The notes under the pieces: model-generated
Databases searched by the model: none
What the model was told of the DNA's origin: nothing
Seen by the model: the letters and a program-made list of their open reading frames with translations, nothing else
Shown: positions 29,183-38,037 of the stretch, piece after piece
How positions within the stretch are numbered: position 1 is the stretch's first letter
Layout: the number at the start of each line of letters is the position of its first letter
NCBI GenBank assembly: GCA_016935525.1
Contig: JAFGQU010000005.1
Span: 2,190 to 66,189 of the forward strand
Reading direction: 5' to 3'
Source of the DNA: Candidatus Omnitrophota bacterium
GTDB lineage: Bacteria; Omnitrophota; Gorgyraeia; Duberdicusellales; 4484-171
Length of the DNA: 64,000 nucleotides
Translations under genes and position numbers: made by a program

Positions 29183-29902
29183 ATGGGAATTTTTTGGTTG
29201 AATAGAACTGAACGAACTATATGGCGTTCAATACAGCCGAACGATATCGTTAAATTCATGTTACAGGATGATCCTCAGGAGATTTACGGTACGAAAGTGG
29301 TCCGGGTAAAAGACAAATCGATCACGGTCGTCACCCCTTTAATCGAAGGAGCTTACCTGGAACTTTTGCCCCAGACTCCCCTCCAGCTGGAATTGTATAC
29401 TTCCGTATTCGGTAAAATCCGCTTTATTTCTCATGTGCTGGGACAGGAATGGATTAAAGACCAGGTGCTCGAGATCTCCCGCCCCCGCCGGCTTACCCGG
29501 ATACAATTAAGACGTTATTATAGGATCGAGGCGGTATTAGAGGTAGATTACGTGGTCTTTTCATCTACCGGAGCGCATCTGCCGGGTGAGGCCCGGCAAT
29601 ATGCTCCTTATCGTGCCGTAACGAAAAACATCTCGGAAACCGGAATGATGTTCGTCGGCGACCACAGTTTGAATAAGGGCGATTATATTGATATGAAGAT
29701 CAAAGTGACGTATCCGCCGGAAAGCCAGTTGGATTCCGAAGAAGTGAAAGCTCGCGGGAGGATTGTCCGGTGTACTCAGATCGAAGTCGGTAGCCGTTAC
29801 GCGGTAGCAATAGAGATAGGTAAGATCGATGCAGAGAATCAGGAAAGGTTGAGAAGATATATCTTCCATAAGGGAAGAGATCTCTACTCGCGTACCAAAT
29901 GA
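29183..29902 (+). CDS. PilZ-domain protein, YcgR-like (paralog 3 of 3)
   Basis: LRRYYRIEA (RxxxR) and KNISETGMMF: GG replaced by TG. Same length and N-terminal MGIFxL motif as the other paralogs. Confidence 0.65.
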   Translation: MGIFWLNRTERTIWRSIQPNDIVKFMLQDDPQEIYGTKVVRVKDKSITVVTPLIEGAYLELLPQTPLQLELYTSVFGKIRFISHVLGQEWIKDQVLEISRPRRLTRIQLRRYYRIEAVLEVDYVVFSSTGAHLPGEARQYAPYRAVTKNISETGMMFVGDHSLNKGDYIDMKIKVTYPPESQLDSEEVKARGRIVRCTQIEVGSRYAVAIEIGKIDAENQERLRRYIFHKGRDLYSRTK

Positions 29903-30294
29903 AAAAAGCGTCGGAAATCCGCAGTATATTCGCGGCAGTAGCTTTATTAAGTTTTCTGCTTGTTGAGTTGTTCAGTTTTGTGAGAGGTTACTCGCTTACT
30001 ACGATCCTTGTGCGAGGGGTCGGGGTATATGTGGGTATTATTTTTCTGGGTGCGGTGTTTATCTATGTAGTCAAAAGCACCGATATTTTTAAAGTAATCA
30101 GTCAATTAGAAAAAGATGATTCCGATGTTTCCCAAAAGTCTTCGTTAGATATAAAAATAGACGATTCTTTCGATATCGGCCAAAGCCAAGAGAAAAAAGA
30201 GTATAATCCCATGGAAGACATAAAAGAAGCGGTAGCGAGAAACCCTAAAGAGATCGCCAGCGCTATCAAGAAAATGATGGGGCATAAGAAATAA
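29899..30294 (+). CDS. Small membrane protein with acidic C-terminal tail
   Basis: Two TM helices then a D/E/K-rich tail. Immediately upstream of fliA. Confidence 0.3.
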   Translation: MKKASEIRSIFAAVALLSFLLVELFSFVRGYSLTTILVRGVGVYVGIIFLGAVFIYVVKSTDIFKVISQLEKDDSDVSQKSSLDIKIDDSFDIGQSQEKKEYNPMEDIKEAVARNPKEIASAIKKMMGHKK

Positions 30295-30300
30295 GGAGGA

Positions 30301-31020
30301 GTGACGTTCAACACTATGCAGAAACAGGAAACGCCGATCGCCCGCGAGAAAATACTGGAATACCTGCCTTTGATTAAAAAGGTGGTTTCCCGGATATTTC
30401 CCAGTATCCCTTCCCAGCTTGTCGATTTTGAAGATCTGGTGGGATATGGGATCGTGGGGTTGATTGAAGCGATGAATACGTATGATTCTAAAAAAGGCGT
30501 CAAACTCTCTACGTATGCGTTTTATCGTATTCGCGGCGCGATACTCGATGCATTACGTTCTTTTGATTGGATTCCCCGGCAGATGAGAAAAAAATTCCAT
30601 ATAATATCACAAGGTTTGAACGAACTTACGGCTTTATTAGGCCGGGAACCGACGAGCGAAGAGGTTGCCGCCCATGTAAAGATGGACCCTCAGGAAGTAG
30701 ATTCTTTATTAATGGATATTTCCCAAAGTGAAGTCCTCTCTTTAGAAGACCAGCTGCACAATTACCTTAAACAGAAGACCGATAATTTCTTGAATATGAA
30801 CGAATTCGAGTTTGAAGATCTGAAAAAAGCGATGAGCCAGGCGATTGATGAACTCCCCGAACGGGAACGCCTGGTCCTGGTCCTGTATTATTATGAAGAG
30901 CTCAATTTAAAAGAGATCGGCAAAGTCCTGGAGATATCCGAATCACGGATTTCCCAGATCTTGAAAAAAGCGACGGTTCATCTGCGGGAAAAACTGGATT
31001 TTATAGAAAAAGAGCTGTGA
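30301..31020 (+). CDS. fliA: Flagellar sigma factor FliA (sigma-28/SigD)
   Basis: Region 2 (LSTYAFYRIRGAILDALR). Region 4.2 HTH (LKEIGKVLEISESRISQILKKA). Size ~239 aa. An alternative ATG start is at 30316. Confidence 0.85.
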   Translation: MTFNTMQKQETPIAREKILEYLPLIKKVVSRIFPSIPSQLVDFEDLVGYGIVGLIEAMNTYDSKKGVKLSTYAFYRIRGAILDALRSFDWIPRQMRKKFHIISQGLNELTALLGREPTSEEVAAHVKMDPQEVDSLLMDISQSEVLSLEDQLHNYLKQKTDNFLNMNEFEFEDLKKAMSQAIDELPERERLVLVLYYYEELNLKEIGKVLEISESRISQILKKATVHLREKLDFIEKEL

Positions 31021-31071
31021 ACAAGGATAGTTAAAGGAGAACGGAGAGAGCAGAATAGTTAAGGAGCATAT

Positions 31072-31359
31072 ATGCCGTTACGGCCTATGGATTTACAGGT
31101 CATCTTGCAAGTCTCAAGGAATGTTGAGAAGATGCAAATGCTCCAGCAACAATATAGTCAGCGGCAGCAGGAACAGCTTTCATTGTATATGCAGAGAAAT
31201 TTCCGGGCCCGGCAGCATCAGACTGAAGCTGCCCAACAAAGCACCGAAGGCTGGATGAACCAGATTTCCGAAGACGGCAAGAGGAGAGAACAACAGAAAC
31301 GTAAAAAGAAAGATAAGGAGAAAAAGAAGATCGGTGGAAACATCGATTTCTTTGTGTGA
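31072..31359 (+). CDS. Hypothetical Q/K/R-rich small protein
   Basis: 95 aa, low complexity, immediately after fliA. Confidence 0.25.
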   Translation: MPLRPMDLQVILQVSRNVEKMQMLQQQYSQRQQEQLSLYMQRNFRARQHQTEAAQQSTEGWMNQISEDGKRREQQKRKKKDKEKKKIGGNIDFFV

Positions 31360-31362
31360 GCT

Positions 31363-32052
31363 ATGAGATCAAAAGAAATATTAAACAAAGAAGTAGTCAG
31401 TATCAAAGAAGGCAATTCTCTAGGTAAGATCCGTATGCCGATCATCGACGGTACTCATCAGAGGATCATCGGGTTTATCGTCGACGACCGGGAATGGTAT
31501 CTGGAGACGAAAATCGTGCTCTTCCCGTCGGTGCGCGGAATGCAGCAGGAAGTGGTGACCGTTGACGACGATTCTTCGATAGTGCCGGTAAGAAATATGT
31601 ATAAAATACATCCGTACCTTAAAGATAATATTCAATTGATCGCAATCAAGATCTTTTCCGAAGCCGGACGGCTTCTGGGCGAGGTGGAAGATTTTGTATT
31701 TAATCATCAGACCGGGAAAATCGAATCGTACCTGGTCCTGGGCAGTTTTATGTCGATCAGCTGGAAAGACGTCTATTCGGTGGGGAAGGGGATGCTTATT
31801 GTCAAGGATGACTTAAGCCCCGAGACGGCCGATTCGGCCAATATCGATTTGAACACGGTAGACCTGAACTCGCTTTTTGAACAGCGCCAAGTTTCGTTTC
31901 TTTTAGGAAAAATGCTCAGCCGGGATATGCGTGATGATAATGGGGATCTGATCCTCCCGGCCGGGAGCATTATCAATGAAGCGTCTATCGATAAAATAAA
32001 GATGCTCGGTAAATTTACCGAATTATTGATGAGCGTGGAGGCGGAAGAATAA
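31363..32052 (+). CDS. PRC-barrel domain protein (two PRC-like repeats)
   Basis: KEVVSIKEGNSLGKIRMPIIDGTHQRIIGFIVDD resembles PRC-barrel/YlmC-like domains. A second similar half (LGEVEDFVFNHQTGKIESYLV) follows. Confidence 0.35.
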   Translation: MRSKEILNKEVVSIKEGNSLGKIRMPIIDGTHQRIIGFIVDDREWYLETKIVLFPSVRGMQQEVVTVDDDSSIVPVRNMYKIHPYLKDNIQLIAIKIFSEAGRLLGEVEDFVFNHQTGKIESYLVLGSFMSISWKDVYSVGKGMLIVKDDLSPETADSANIDLNTVDLNSLFEQRQVSFLLGKMLSRDMRDDNGDLILPAGSIINEASIDKIKMLGKFTELLMSVEAEE

Positions 32053-32552
32053 TGACTATTCTTTTTATGGTATTGATTTTGGTAGGGATATTCTTATTGA
32101 TAGCCAGCGTGATTATCCATGCCTTGAAGATGAAGACTCAAAAAGAAGAAATCATTCCGGTAGGGGATTTCCATTTAAATATGGACCGGGAAGAACTTGA
32201 TCAGGAAGTACAGATGTTCCGTTCACTGGTGGATGAGAGTGTCGAAAAAGTCAGAAAAGAATACGAAAAAATAGTCCAGACTCAAGAAAAATTGGAAAAA
32301 ATGCTTATGGAAGCGACCGAAAGCATCAAAAAAATGGAGAAATTGAGAGAAGAGATATCCCTCCAGCTGCTCCAGAAACAAGAACCTCAGGATAATCCTG
32401 AGTCGGCACCGCAGTCCGAGGTTGCCGCTTTTCTCCATCGGGATATCAGTTTAGAAGATGTCGCCCAGCAGCTCAATATGGGTATCGGCGAGTTGAAGTT
32501 GAGGCTGTCTCTTTTGAAAAAAGAAAATTTATATTATGCGAATCGTAAATAA
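32052..32552 (+). CDS. Single-pass membrane coiled-coil protein
   Basis: N-terminal TM helix (ILFMVLILVGIFLLIASVII) then an E/K-rich coiled coil. Confidence 0.3.
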   Translation: MTILFMVLILVGIFLLIASVIIHALKMKTQKEEIIPVGDFHLNMDREELDQEVQMFRSLVDESVEKVRKEYEKIVQTQEKLEKMLMEATESIKKMEKLREEISLQLLQKQEPQDNPESAPQSEVAAFLHRDISLEDVAQQLNMGIGELKLRLSLLKKENLYYANRK

Positions 32553-33366
32553 ATTTAACGCTGTCCAGGCTAAGAACGTGAAAATCCCGGGACATTCCCG
32601 CCCCGGACGTGTTTCCTCCGGTAGGAGGATTATCAGTCCGGATTCAGTTTCGGCACATACCCTGGCGGGTGAAAAATTGTTCCGGGGATCGCTCTTTTTA
32701 AAATTAGAACTTCTTCTTGCACTCTTTAAAGGGGCCCCGTCCAGTCCGGTATCTGAGAAAAATAGTGAGCTCATCAAAACGATACGTGAATTTATGAGAT
32801 TCATTCAGGATGCGAAACAATATTCTCCCGGTTCGCTCAAAAACGCCGTCAGTCTTTTTTCTGAATTGGCAAAATTGCGGGCAGTGTCAGTGCGGTCACC
32901 TAGCCAAGAAGCCGCGGATGGTGCTTTATCTAAAGAGACAAAAGCGGCCAAAGAATTCTTTGAGCATTTCCAGATGTATGAAGCATTGAACCGGGATTAT
33001 GAAGGAAAGACGTTTTTAGCCTTTCCGCTTGTTAATATTTTTAAAAGAGAAAATGATATCAAGGTCTTTTTATATCTGGAACAGCCGGGAACCCGTGACG
33101 ATGAATCGTCACGGACCTTTTCATTCCGTTTAGATGTTCCTACCCGGCATATGGGACAGATAAGCGTGTGGGGAAGATTACAGGCCAAGACCGTCGATAT
33201 CGAGATAGAAGTGGAAAACGAACGGTATCTTGCCCCGTTTGAACGTCACAGCCGGCAACTTAAAAACGATTTAAACGAACAGGAATATATACTGGAAAAA
33301 ATACTGGTGAGATTAGCCAGATCAAATACGGCTGTTATCAAAAAAGGAGTAGAGTTTATCGCATGA
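32536..33366 (+). CDS. Possible FliK-like hook-length-control paralog
   Basis: Weak resemblance to the Flg_hook C-domain. Conserved pairing with the downstream FlhB-C-terminal-like gene, as in other Firmicutes-type loci. Uncertain. Confidence 0.25.
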   Translation: MRIVNKFNAVQAKNVKIPGHSRPGRVSSGRRIISPDSVSAHTLAGEKLFRGSLFLKLELLLALFKGAPSSPVSEKNSELIKTIREFMRFIQDAKQYSPGSLKNAVSLFSELAKLRAVSVRSPSQEAADGALSKETKAAKEFFEHFQMYEALNRDYEGKTFLAFPLVNIFKRENDIKVFLYLEQPGTRDDESSRTFSFRLDVPTRHMGQISVWGRLQAKTVDIEIEVENERYLAPFERHSRQLKNDLNEQEYILEKILVRLARSNTAVIKKGVEFIA

Positions 33367-33623
33367 AGAAGAAAGCGGTCGCGCTTAAATACCGTCAAAA
33401 AAAAGATAAAGCTCCGCGTCTTACCGCAAAAGGTCAGAATTCGGTCGCCGAAAGAATAATCACCCTGGCAAAGGAAACTCGTGTCCCGGTCTATGAAGAC
33501 CCAGGGCTTACCAACGCGCTCTATCCTTTGCAGTTGGGGGAATATATTCCGGAGGAGTTTTATGAAGTGGCGGCCACAATATTAGCATGGGTTTATTCAC
33601 TCGATAAAAAGGAGGCCAGATAA
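33363..33623 (+). CDS. FlhB C-terminal-domain-only paralog (YlqH/EscU-like)
   Basis: 86 aa. TAKGQNSVAERIITLAKETRVPVYEDPGLTNALYPLQLGEYIPEEFYEVAATILAWV matches the FlhB cytoplasmic C-domain after the NPTH site. Confidence 0.7.
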   Translation: MKKKAVALKYRQKKDKAPRLTAKGQNSVAERIITLAKETRVPVYEDPGLTNALYPLQLGEYIPEEFYEVAATILAWVYSLDKKEAR

Positions 33624-33624
33624 T

Positions 33625-34587
33625 ATGAGGAATGATAAAGATATCTTATCGCCTAAAGAAATAGAGGACCTGGTAAAGGGTTCCGACGATATGAATATGG
33701 GCGAAAAAACGGTGTATCCGTACGATTTTCGTTCTCCCAGTCTTCTTTCTAAAGGGAAATTGAGGATCTTCCAGCTGTTGATGGAAGAATTTGTCAGCCA
33801 GATACAAAGTTTTGTAGCGGCTCAACTCAAGATCCCTCTGGAGGTACAGATCGGCGATATCCGTCAAAGCGCGTATAGCCAGTTCCAGGAACGGAATGAA
33901 GAGACGTTTATGGTGGTATTCAATATGCCTCCGCTTGAGGGGACGTCGATCCTTGAGATTAAACTCCCTTTTATTATTTTCATCAATCAGGTCCTTCTGG
34001 GAAAAGCGCTTGAAAAATTTCCTGAACCGCGCGCGATTACTCCGGTCGAAGAAGAGACCGCGACATTTCTGGCCGAACGGTTCCTGTATACGCTGCAGGA
34101 ATCATTCAGCAAACTGATTAAATTCAATTTCAATATCATATCGAAAGAACGTAACCCGCAGCTCTTGTTTCTTGCTTCTCCGGACGAACCGACCGTAATC
34201 GTTTCGGTGCAGTTCAAGCTTGGTGAAGAAGTGAGCCAGATCGATTTTTGTTTCCCTTATATCGTGTTCAATTCGCTTCTGCCGTATCTCGATGTGAAGA
34301 AATGGTTTTCGATTACTCAACGTAAAAAAGACGAACGGATCGATAAACTCATCAAAGACAATATTGAAAACATTAAAGTAGATCTGGTATGCGAACTTGG
34401 CTCGTTGGATCTCGCGTTGCGGGAGATACTGCATCTGGAAAAAGGCGATTATCTTTGCCTGAACGTCGATAACGACGCTCTGCTTAATTTAAAGATCGGT
34501 AATTTCAAGAAATTTAAAGTGTTTCCGGGGATTTCTCATAAAAAAGTCGCGTTACGTATCGAAAAAATAATAGATGAAGGGAGGTAA
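33625..34587 (+). CDS. fliM: Flagellar motor switch protein FliM
   Basis: N-terminal CheY-P-binding peptide ILSPKEIEDLV (cf. LSQDEIDALL). ~320 aa with a C-terminal SpoA-like domain (LEKGDYLCLNVDNDALLNLKIGNFKKFKVFPG). Confidence 0.8.
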   Translation: MRNDKDILSPKEIEDLVKGSDDMNMGEKTVYPYDFRSPSLLSKGKLRIFQLLMEEFVSQIQSFVAAQLKIPLEVQIGDIRQSAYSQFQERNEETFMVVFNMPPLEGTSILEIKLPFIIFINQVLLGKALEKFPEPRAITPVEEETATFLAERFLYTLQESFSKLIKFNFNIISKERNPQLLFLASPDEPTVIVSVQFKLGEEVSQIDFCFPYIVFNSLLPYLDVKKWFSITQRKKDERIDKLIKDNIENIKVDLVCELGSLDLALREILHLEKGDYLCLNVDNDALLNLKIGNFKKFKVFPGISHKKVALRIEKIIDEGR

Positions 34588-34631
34588 ACTGAGACTCAGT
34601 TTTTTTCAAGATGTTATCGTAGAAAAAAGCT

Positions 34632-34713
34632 GTAGTCGAATTTTACCCTTGACATTCGTTTCACGTGAACCGAATGTCAAGGATCCAATTCGCAGACGTC
34701 CTTACGGACTACA
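34632..34713. mobile_element. Miniature inverted-repeat element, second MITE-like copy (between fliM and flgF)
   Basis: tgtagtcgaattttacccttgacattcg-tttcacgtgaac-cgaatgtcaaggatccaattcg...ggactaca. The arms match the GIY-YIG element IRs, including the outer gtagtc/gactac. Confidence 0.5.
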
Positions 34714-34771
34714 ACTTACGTTCACGTTGTTCCGTAAATTGTCTGCTCATTGAAGAAGGGAGGTGACATAG

Positions 34772-35521
34772 ATGATAAGAGGTATCTATACCGCAGCTTC
34801 CGGGATGAGTACGCACCTTAAGAATCAGGAAATAATCAGCAATAACCTGGCAAACGCAGATACTGCCGGGTTTAAAAGAGACCAGCTGGTGATCACTTCG
34901 TTTCGCGAGTTTCTTATCAACCGGATCAACGACCCTAAAGATCAGGGGCATGCGCCGCTCATCGGCAGTTACTCTTTAGGTACCGAGCCGTTGGGGACGT
35001 ATACCGACCATAGTGAAGGAGGGATAATCTCTACCGAACGGAAATTTGATGTGGCGATTCAGGGGGATGGGTTTTTTGTGATCGACACCCCCCAAGGCGA
35101 ACAGTATACCCGGGCCGGGTCATTTTATCTGTCTAACGAACAGACGCTGGTGACTTCCGAAGGGTATCCGGTACTGGGAGAAAATGGCCTGGTCACGATT
35201 ACCGATGAAAACTTTATTATCGGGCCTGAAGGTGAGGTGGTCGTCGACGGTACTATCGTGAACCGACTGCTCATCGTCGATCTGCCGCCGCAGGCTATGA
35301 TCAAATCCGGCGATTCTCTCTGGCGGGTCGAAGGCGAAGGCGGAGCCGCTCCGGCGACCGGATATAAAATCGTTCAGGGGCATCTTGAATCGTCCAACGT
35401 GAACGTCGTGAAAGAGATGGTGGATATGATCGCCGGAATGCGTACCTATGAGGCTAACCAGAAAACACTGGTCATGCAGGACGAGACATTAGGAAGATTG
35501 ATCAGTGAATTGGCGAGATAA
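34772..35521 (+). CDS. flgF: Flagellar basal-body rod protein FlgF/FlgG family
   Basis: MIRGIYTAASGMSTHLKNQEIISNNLANADTAGFKRDQ. C-terminal rod motif SSNVNVVKEMVDMIAGMRTYEANQK. Confidence 0.8.
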   Translation: MIRGIYTAASGMSTHLKNQEIISNNLANADTAGFKRDQLVITSFREFLINRINDPKDQGHAPLIGSYSLGTEPLGTYTDHSEGGIISTERKFDVAIQGDGFFVIDTPQGEQYTRAGSFYLSNEQTLVTSEGYPVLGENGLVTITDENFIIGPEGEVVVDGTIVNRLLIVDLPPQAMIKSGDSLWRVEGEGGAAPATGYKIVQGHLESSNVNVVKEMVDMIAGMRTYEANQKTLVMQDETLGRLISELAR

Positions 35522-35641
35522 TATGAACTACGCACAGAGTGCCACAGATAAAGATTACAGATATCCGCAGAAGAAAGATCTGCGATCATCTGTGTCTCAA
35601 AGATCTGTGATCATCTGCGCACTAAAGGAGGTGAATGAGCT

Positions 35642-36433
35642 ATGATGCGATCATTGTGGACGGCAGCGACAGGAATGCAGGGACAGCAGACCAACATCGA
35701 TGTGATTTCAAATAACCTTGCGAACGTGAACACTACGGCATTTAAAAAATCCCGGGTAGATTTCAAAGACCTTTTCTATCAGGTTCTGCAAATGCCGGGG
35801 ACGCCGGTAGCTAATGGTGAGACAGAGCTCCCGGTAGGTTCTCAGATCGGTTCGGGCGTAAGGCCGGGCGCGATCTTTAAGATCTTCACTACCCAGAGTT
35901 ATCAGGAAACTCAGAATCCGTTGGACCTGGCCATTGAAGGAGACGGATTTTTCCAAGTACAGCTCCCTGACGGGACCGAAGGGTATACCCGTGACGGAGC
36001 GTTTAAGATCGATTCCGAAGGGACGTTGGTGACTTCCGACGGGTATATCCTGCAACCGGAAATTACTATTCCCGATGATGCGATCTCGGTTACGGTGAAT
36101 AAGTACGGGACAGTATCGGTCGCCCGGGCCGGGGTAGTCGGAGTCGAAGATCTAGGTACACTTGAAATGGCAAGATTCATAAACCCGTCGGGATTACAGG
36201 CTATCGGAGATAATTTTTATCGCGAAACCGACGCGTCCGGGATACCTATTGTGGGCGATCCGGGAGAAGAAGGGATCGGAACTATCATTCAAGGGTTTCT
36301 GGAAAGTTCTAACGTGAACGTAGTAGAAGAAATGGTAAAAATGATTATTGCCCAACGGGCGTATGAGGTAAATTCCCGGTCGGTACAAACATCGGACGAG
36401 ATGCTTTCTATCGCTAACGCCTTGCGCCGGTAA
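35642..36433 (+). CDS. flgG: Flagellar distal rod protein FlgG
   Basis: MMRSLWTAATGMQGQQTNIDVISNNLANVNTTAFKKSR. C-terminal SSNVNVVEEMVKMIIAQRAYEVNS. Confidence 0.85.
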   Translation: MMRSLWTAATGMQGQQTNIDVISNNLANVNTTAFKKSRVDFKDLFYQVLQMPGTPVANGETELPVGSQIGSGVRPGAIFKIFTTQSYQETQNPLDLAIEGDGFFQVQLPDGTEGYTRDGAFKIDSEGTLVTSDGYILQPEITIPDDAISVTVNKYGTVSVARAGVVGVEDLGTLEMARFINPSGLQAIGDNFYRETDASGIPIVGDPGEEGIGTIIQGFLESSNVNVVEEMVKMIIAQRAYEVNSRSVQTSDEMLSIANALRR

Positions 36434-36468
36434 TAGTCGAGATCGACAGCAATCGAAGGTAAGCGTAC

Positions 36469-37209
36469 ATGGGGTATAAACGGTTTTACAGGACATTCGG
36501 GGTAAAGATCAAGCTTTTCCTGTTGGGAGCGATGTTGTTGCTTCCTTACGGGACTCTCTGGGCGGCGACGGTGACTGCTCAGGATGTCTATGATGCGGCG
36601 TTTAGTTACATCGTCAATGAGACCGGATATCCGGCCGATCAGATCATTCTGGAGTTCCGGTCGCCTTTTCCGGCCATAGAGGTTCCTGATGATAAAAAAT
36701 TGGAATTATCTATTTCCGGGGAGATCGGACTTGATACCATAGGGCGTCTGCCGCTTCAAGCTGAGATCTTTGTCGACGAAGGGCTTTACAAGACTTTTTA
36801 TCCCATCTTTGAGTTTGACCGGTATACCCCGGCAGTAGTTGCGATGCGTTGGATAAAACGGGGTGAAGAATTTACTCCTTCAAACGTATCGCTTTTGACC
36901 GTACGGGCTTCTTCGCTCCCTACGCAGGCGCTGGATGATCTAAGGATCCTTCAAGGGAGGATCGCTAAAGTATCTTTGCCTAAAGGGCGAGTGATCAGTT
37001 ATAACCAGATCGAGATCCCGCCGTTGGTCGAAAAGAAGCAGATAGTGAACATTATCGCCCAAAACGCCACGTTTAAAGCGCAAACCCGCGGGGTCGCGCT
37101 TATGGACGGGAAAGACGGGGAAATGATCAAGGTCAAAAATATTGATTCCGGGAGGATCGTGTACGGTAGAGTCTATGACGAAAATACGGTAATCGTGGAG
37201 ACACCTTAA
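36469..37209 (+). CDS. flgA: Flagellar P-ring chaperone FlgA (SAF domain)
   Basis: Signal peptide. C-terminal SAF/FlgA motif (GRIAKVSLPKGRVISYNQIE). Position before flgH and flgI. Confidence 0.6.
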   Translation: MGYKRFYRTFGVKIKLFLLGAMLLLPYGTLWAATVTAQDVYDAAFSYIVNETGYPADQIILEFRSPFPAIEVPDDKKLELSISGEIGLDTIGRLPLQAEIFVDEGLYKTFYPIFEFDRYTPAVVAMRWIKRGEEFTPSNVSLLTVRASSLPTQALDDLRILQGRIAKVSLPKGRVISYNQIEIPPLVEKKQIVNIIAQNATFKAQTRGVALMDGKDGEMIKVKNIDSGRIVYGRVYDENTVIVETP

Positions 37210-37379
37210 TTATGAGATCCCAAGAAGGGAAAATAACCAATGACCAATTTCCCCCGTGGAATTCGGAGAATTCCCGGGGCTAAGTCCCTGAAATCACCGC
37301 CCTAGGGGAAGGTGATTTCTAGGGGAAATAAACTTCGAACTATTTGGTCATTGGCGCTTGGGGTTTGGAGATTTGAGGA

Positions 37380-38021
37380 TTGGGGGATATGATGAAAAAG
37401 AGCATGATGATTTTCATAGGATTACTGATGGTACTCAACTTTGCGTATGCGGATTCACTATGGAAACAAGCGCAATTCGCCGATGCCAACACTTCTCTTT
37501 ACCGTGATGATCGGGCCTCACAAATAGGAGATATCATTACGGTATTGATCGTAGAGCAGGCGGCGATGACTCAGCAGGCGACGTCGAATACGACCAGAGA
37601 TTCGAATATCAAAGGAGAGGTGAAAAATTGGGTGAATCTGCAGTTTAAAGGCATCAAAGTCGATACTGAAGAAGCCGGTGTGCTTCCTAAATGGGAAATC
37701 GACACCCAGAACGAATTTGAAGGGACCGGGTCATATAAAGGCGATTATGCCGTTACCGGGACCATTACGACTCGGGTCATCGATATTCTTACCAACGGTG
37801 ATTTAGTGATCGAAGGGAAGAGCATGGTGAAAAATAATGAAGAAGAAAATATCATTGCGCTTTCCGGGATAGTCCGTACGCAGGATATCGGTCCGAACAA
37901 TACCGTGCTTTCAACGCAGGTAGCTGATAAAACAATCCATGTAGTAGGACGAGGTCCAATCAATGACAAGACCAAACGCGGGGTCTTAGGCAGATTGTTA
38001 GATTGGTTCTGGCCCTTCTAG
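37380..38021 (+). CDS. flgH: Flagellar L-ring lipoprotein FlgH
   Basis: SLWKQAQFADANTSLYRDDRASQIGDIITVLIVEQAAMTQQATSN is the canonical FlgH sequence. Confidence 0.85.
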   Translation: MGDMMKKSMMIFIGLLMVLNFAYADSLWKQAQFADANTSLYRDDRASQIGDIITVLIVEQAAMTQQATSNTTRDSNIKGEVKNWVNLQFKGIKVDTEEAGVLPKWEIDTQNEFEGTGSYKGDYAVTGTITTRVIDILTNGDLVIEGKSMVKNNEEENIIALSGIVRTQDIGPNNTVLSTQVADKTIHVVGRGPINDKTKRGVLGRLLDWFWPF

Positions 38022-38037
38022 GAGAGGGGGGAGAAAT

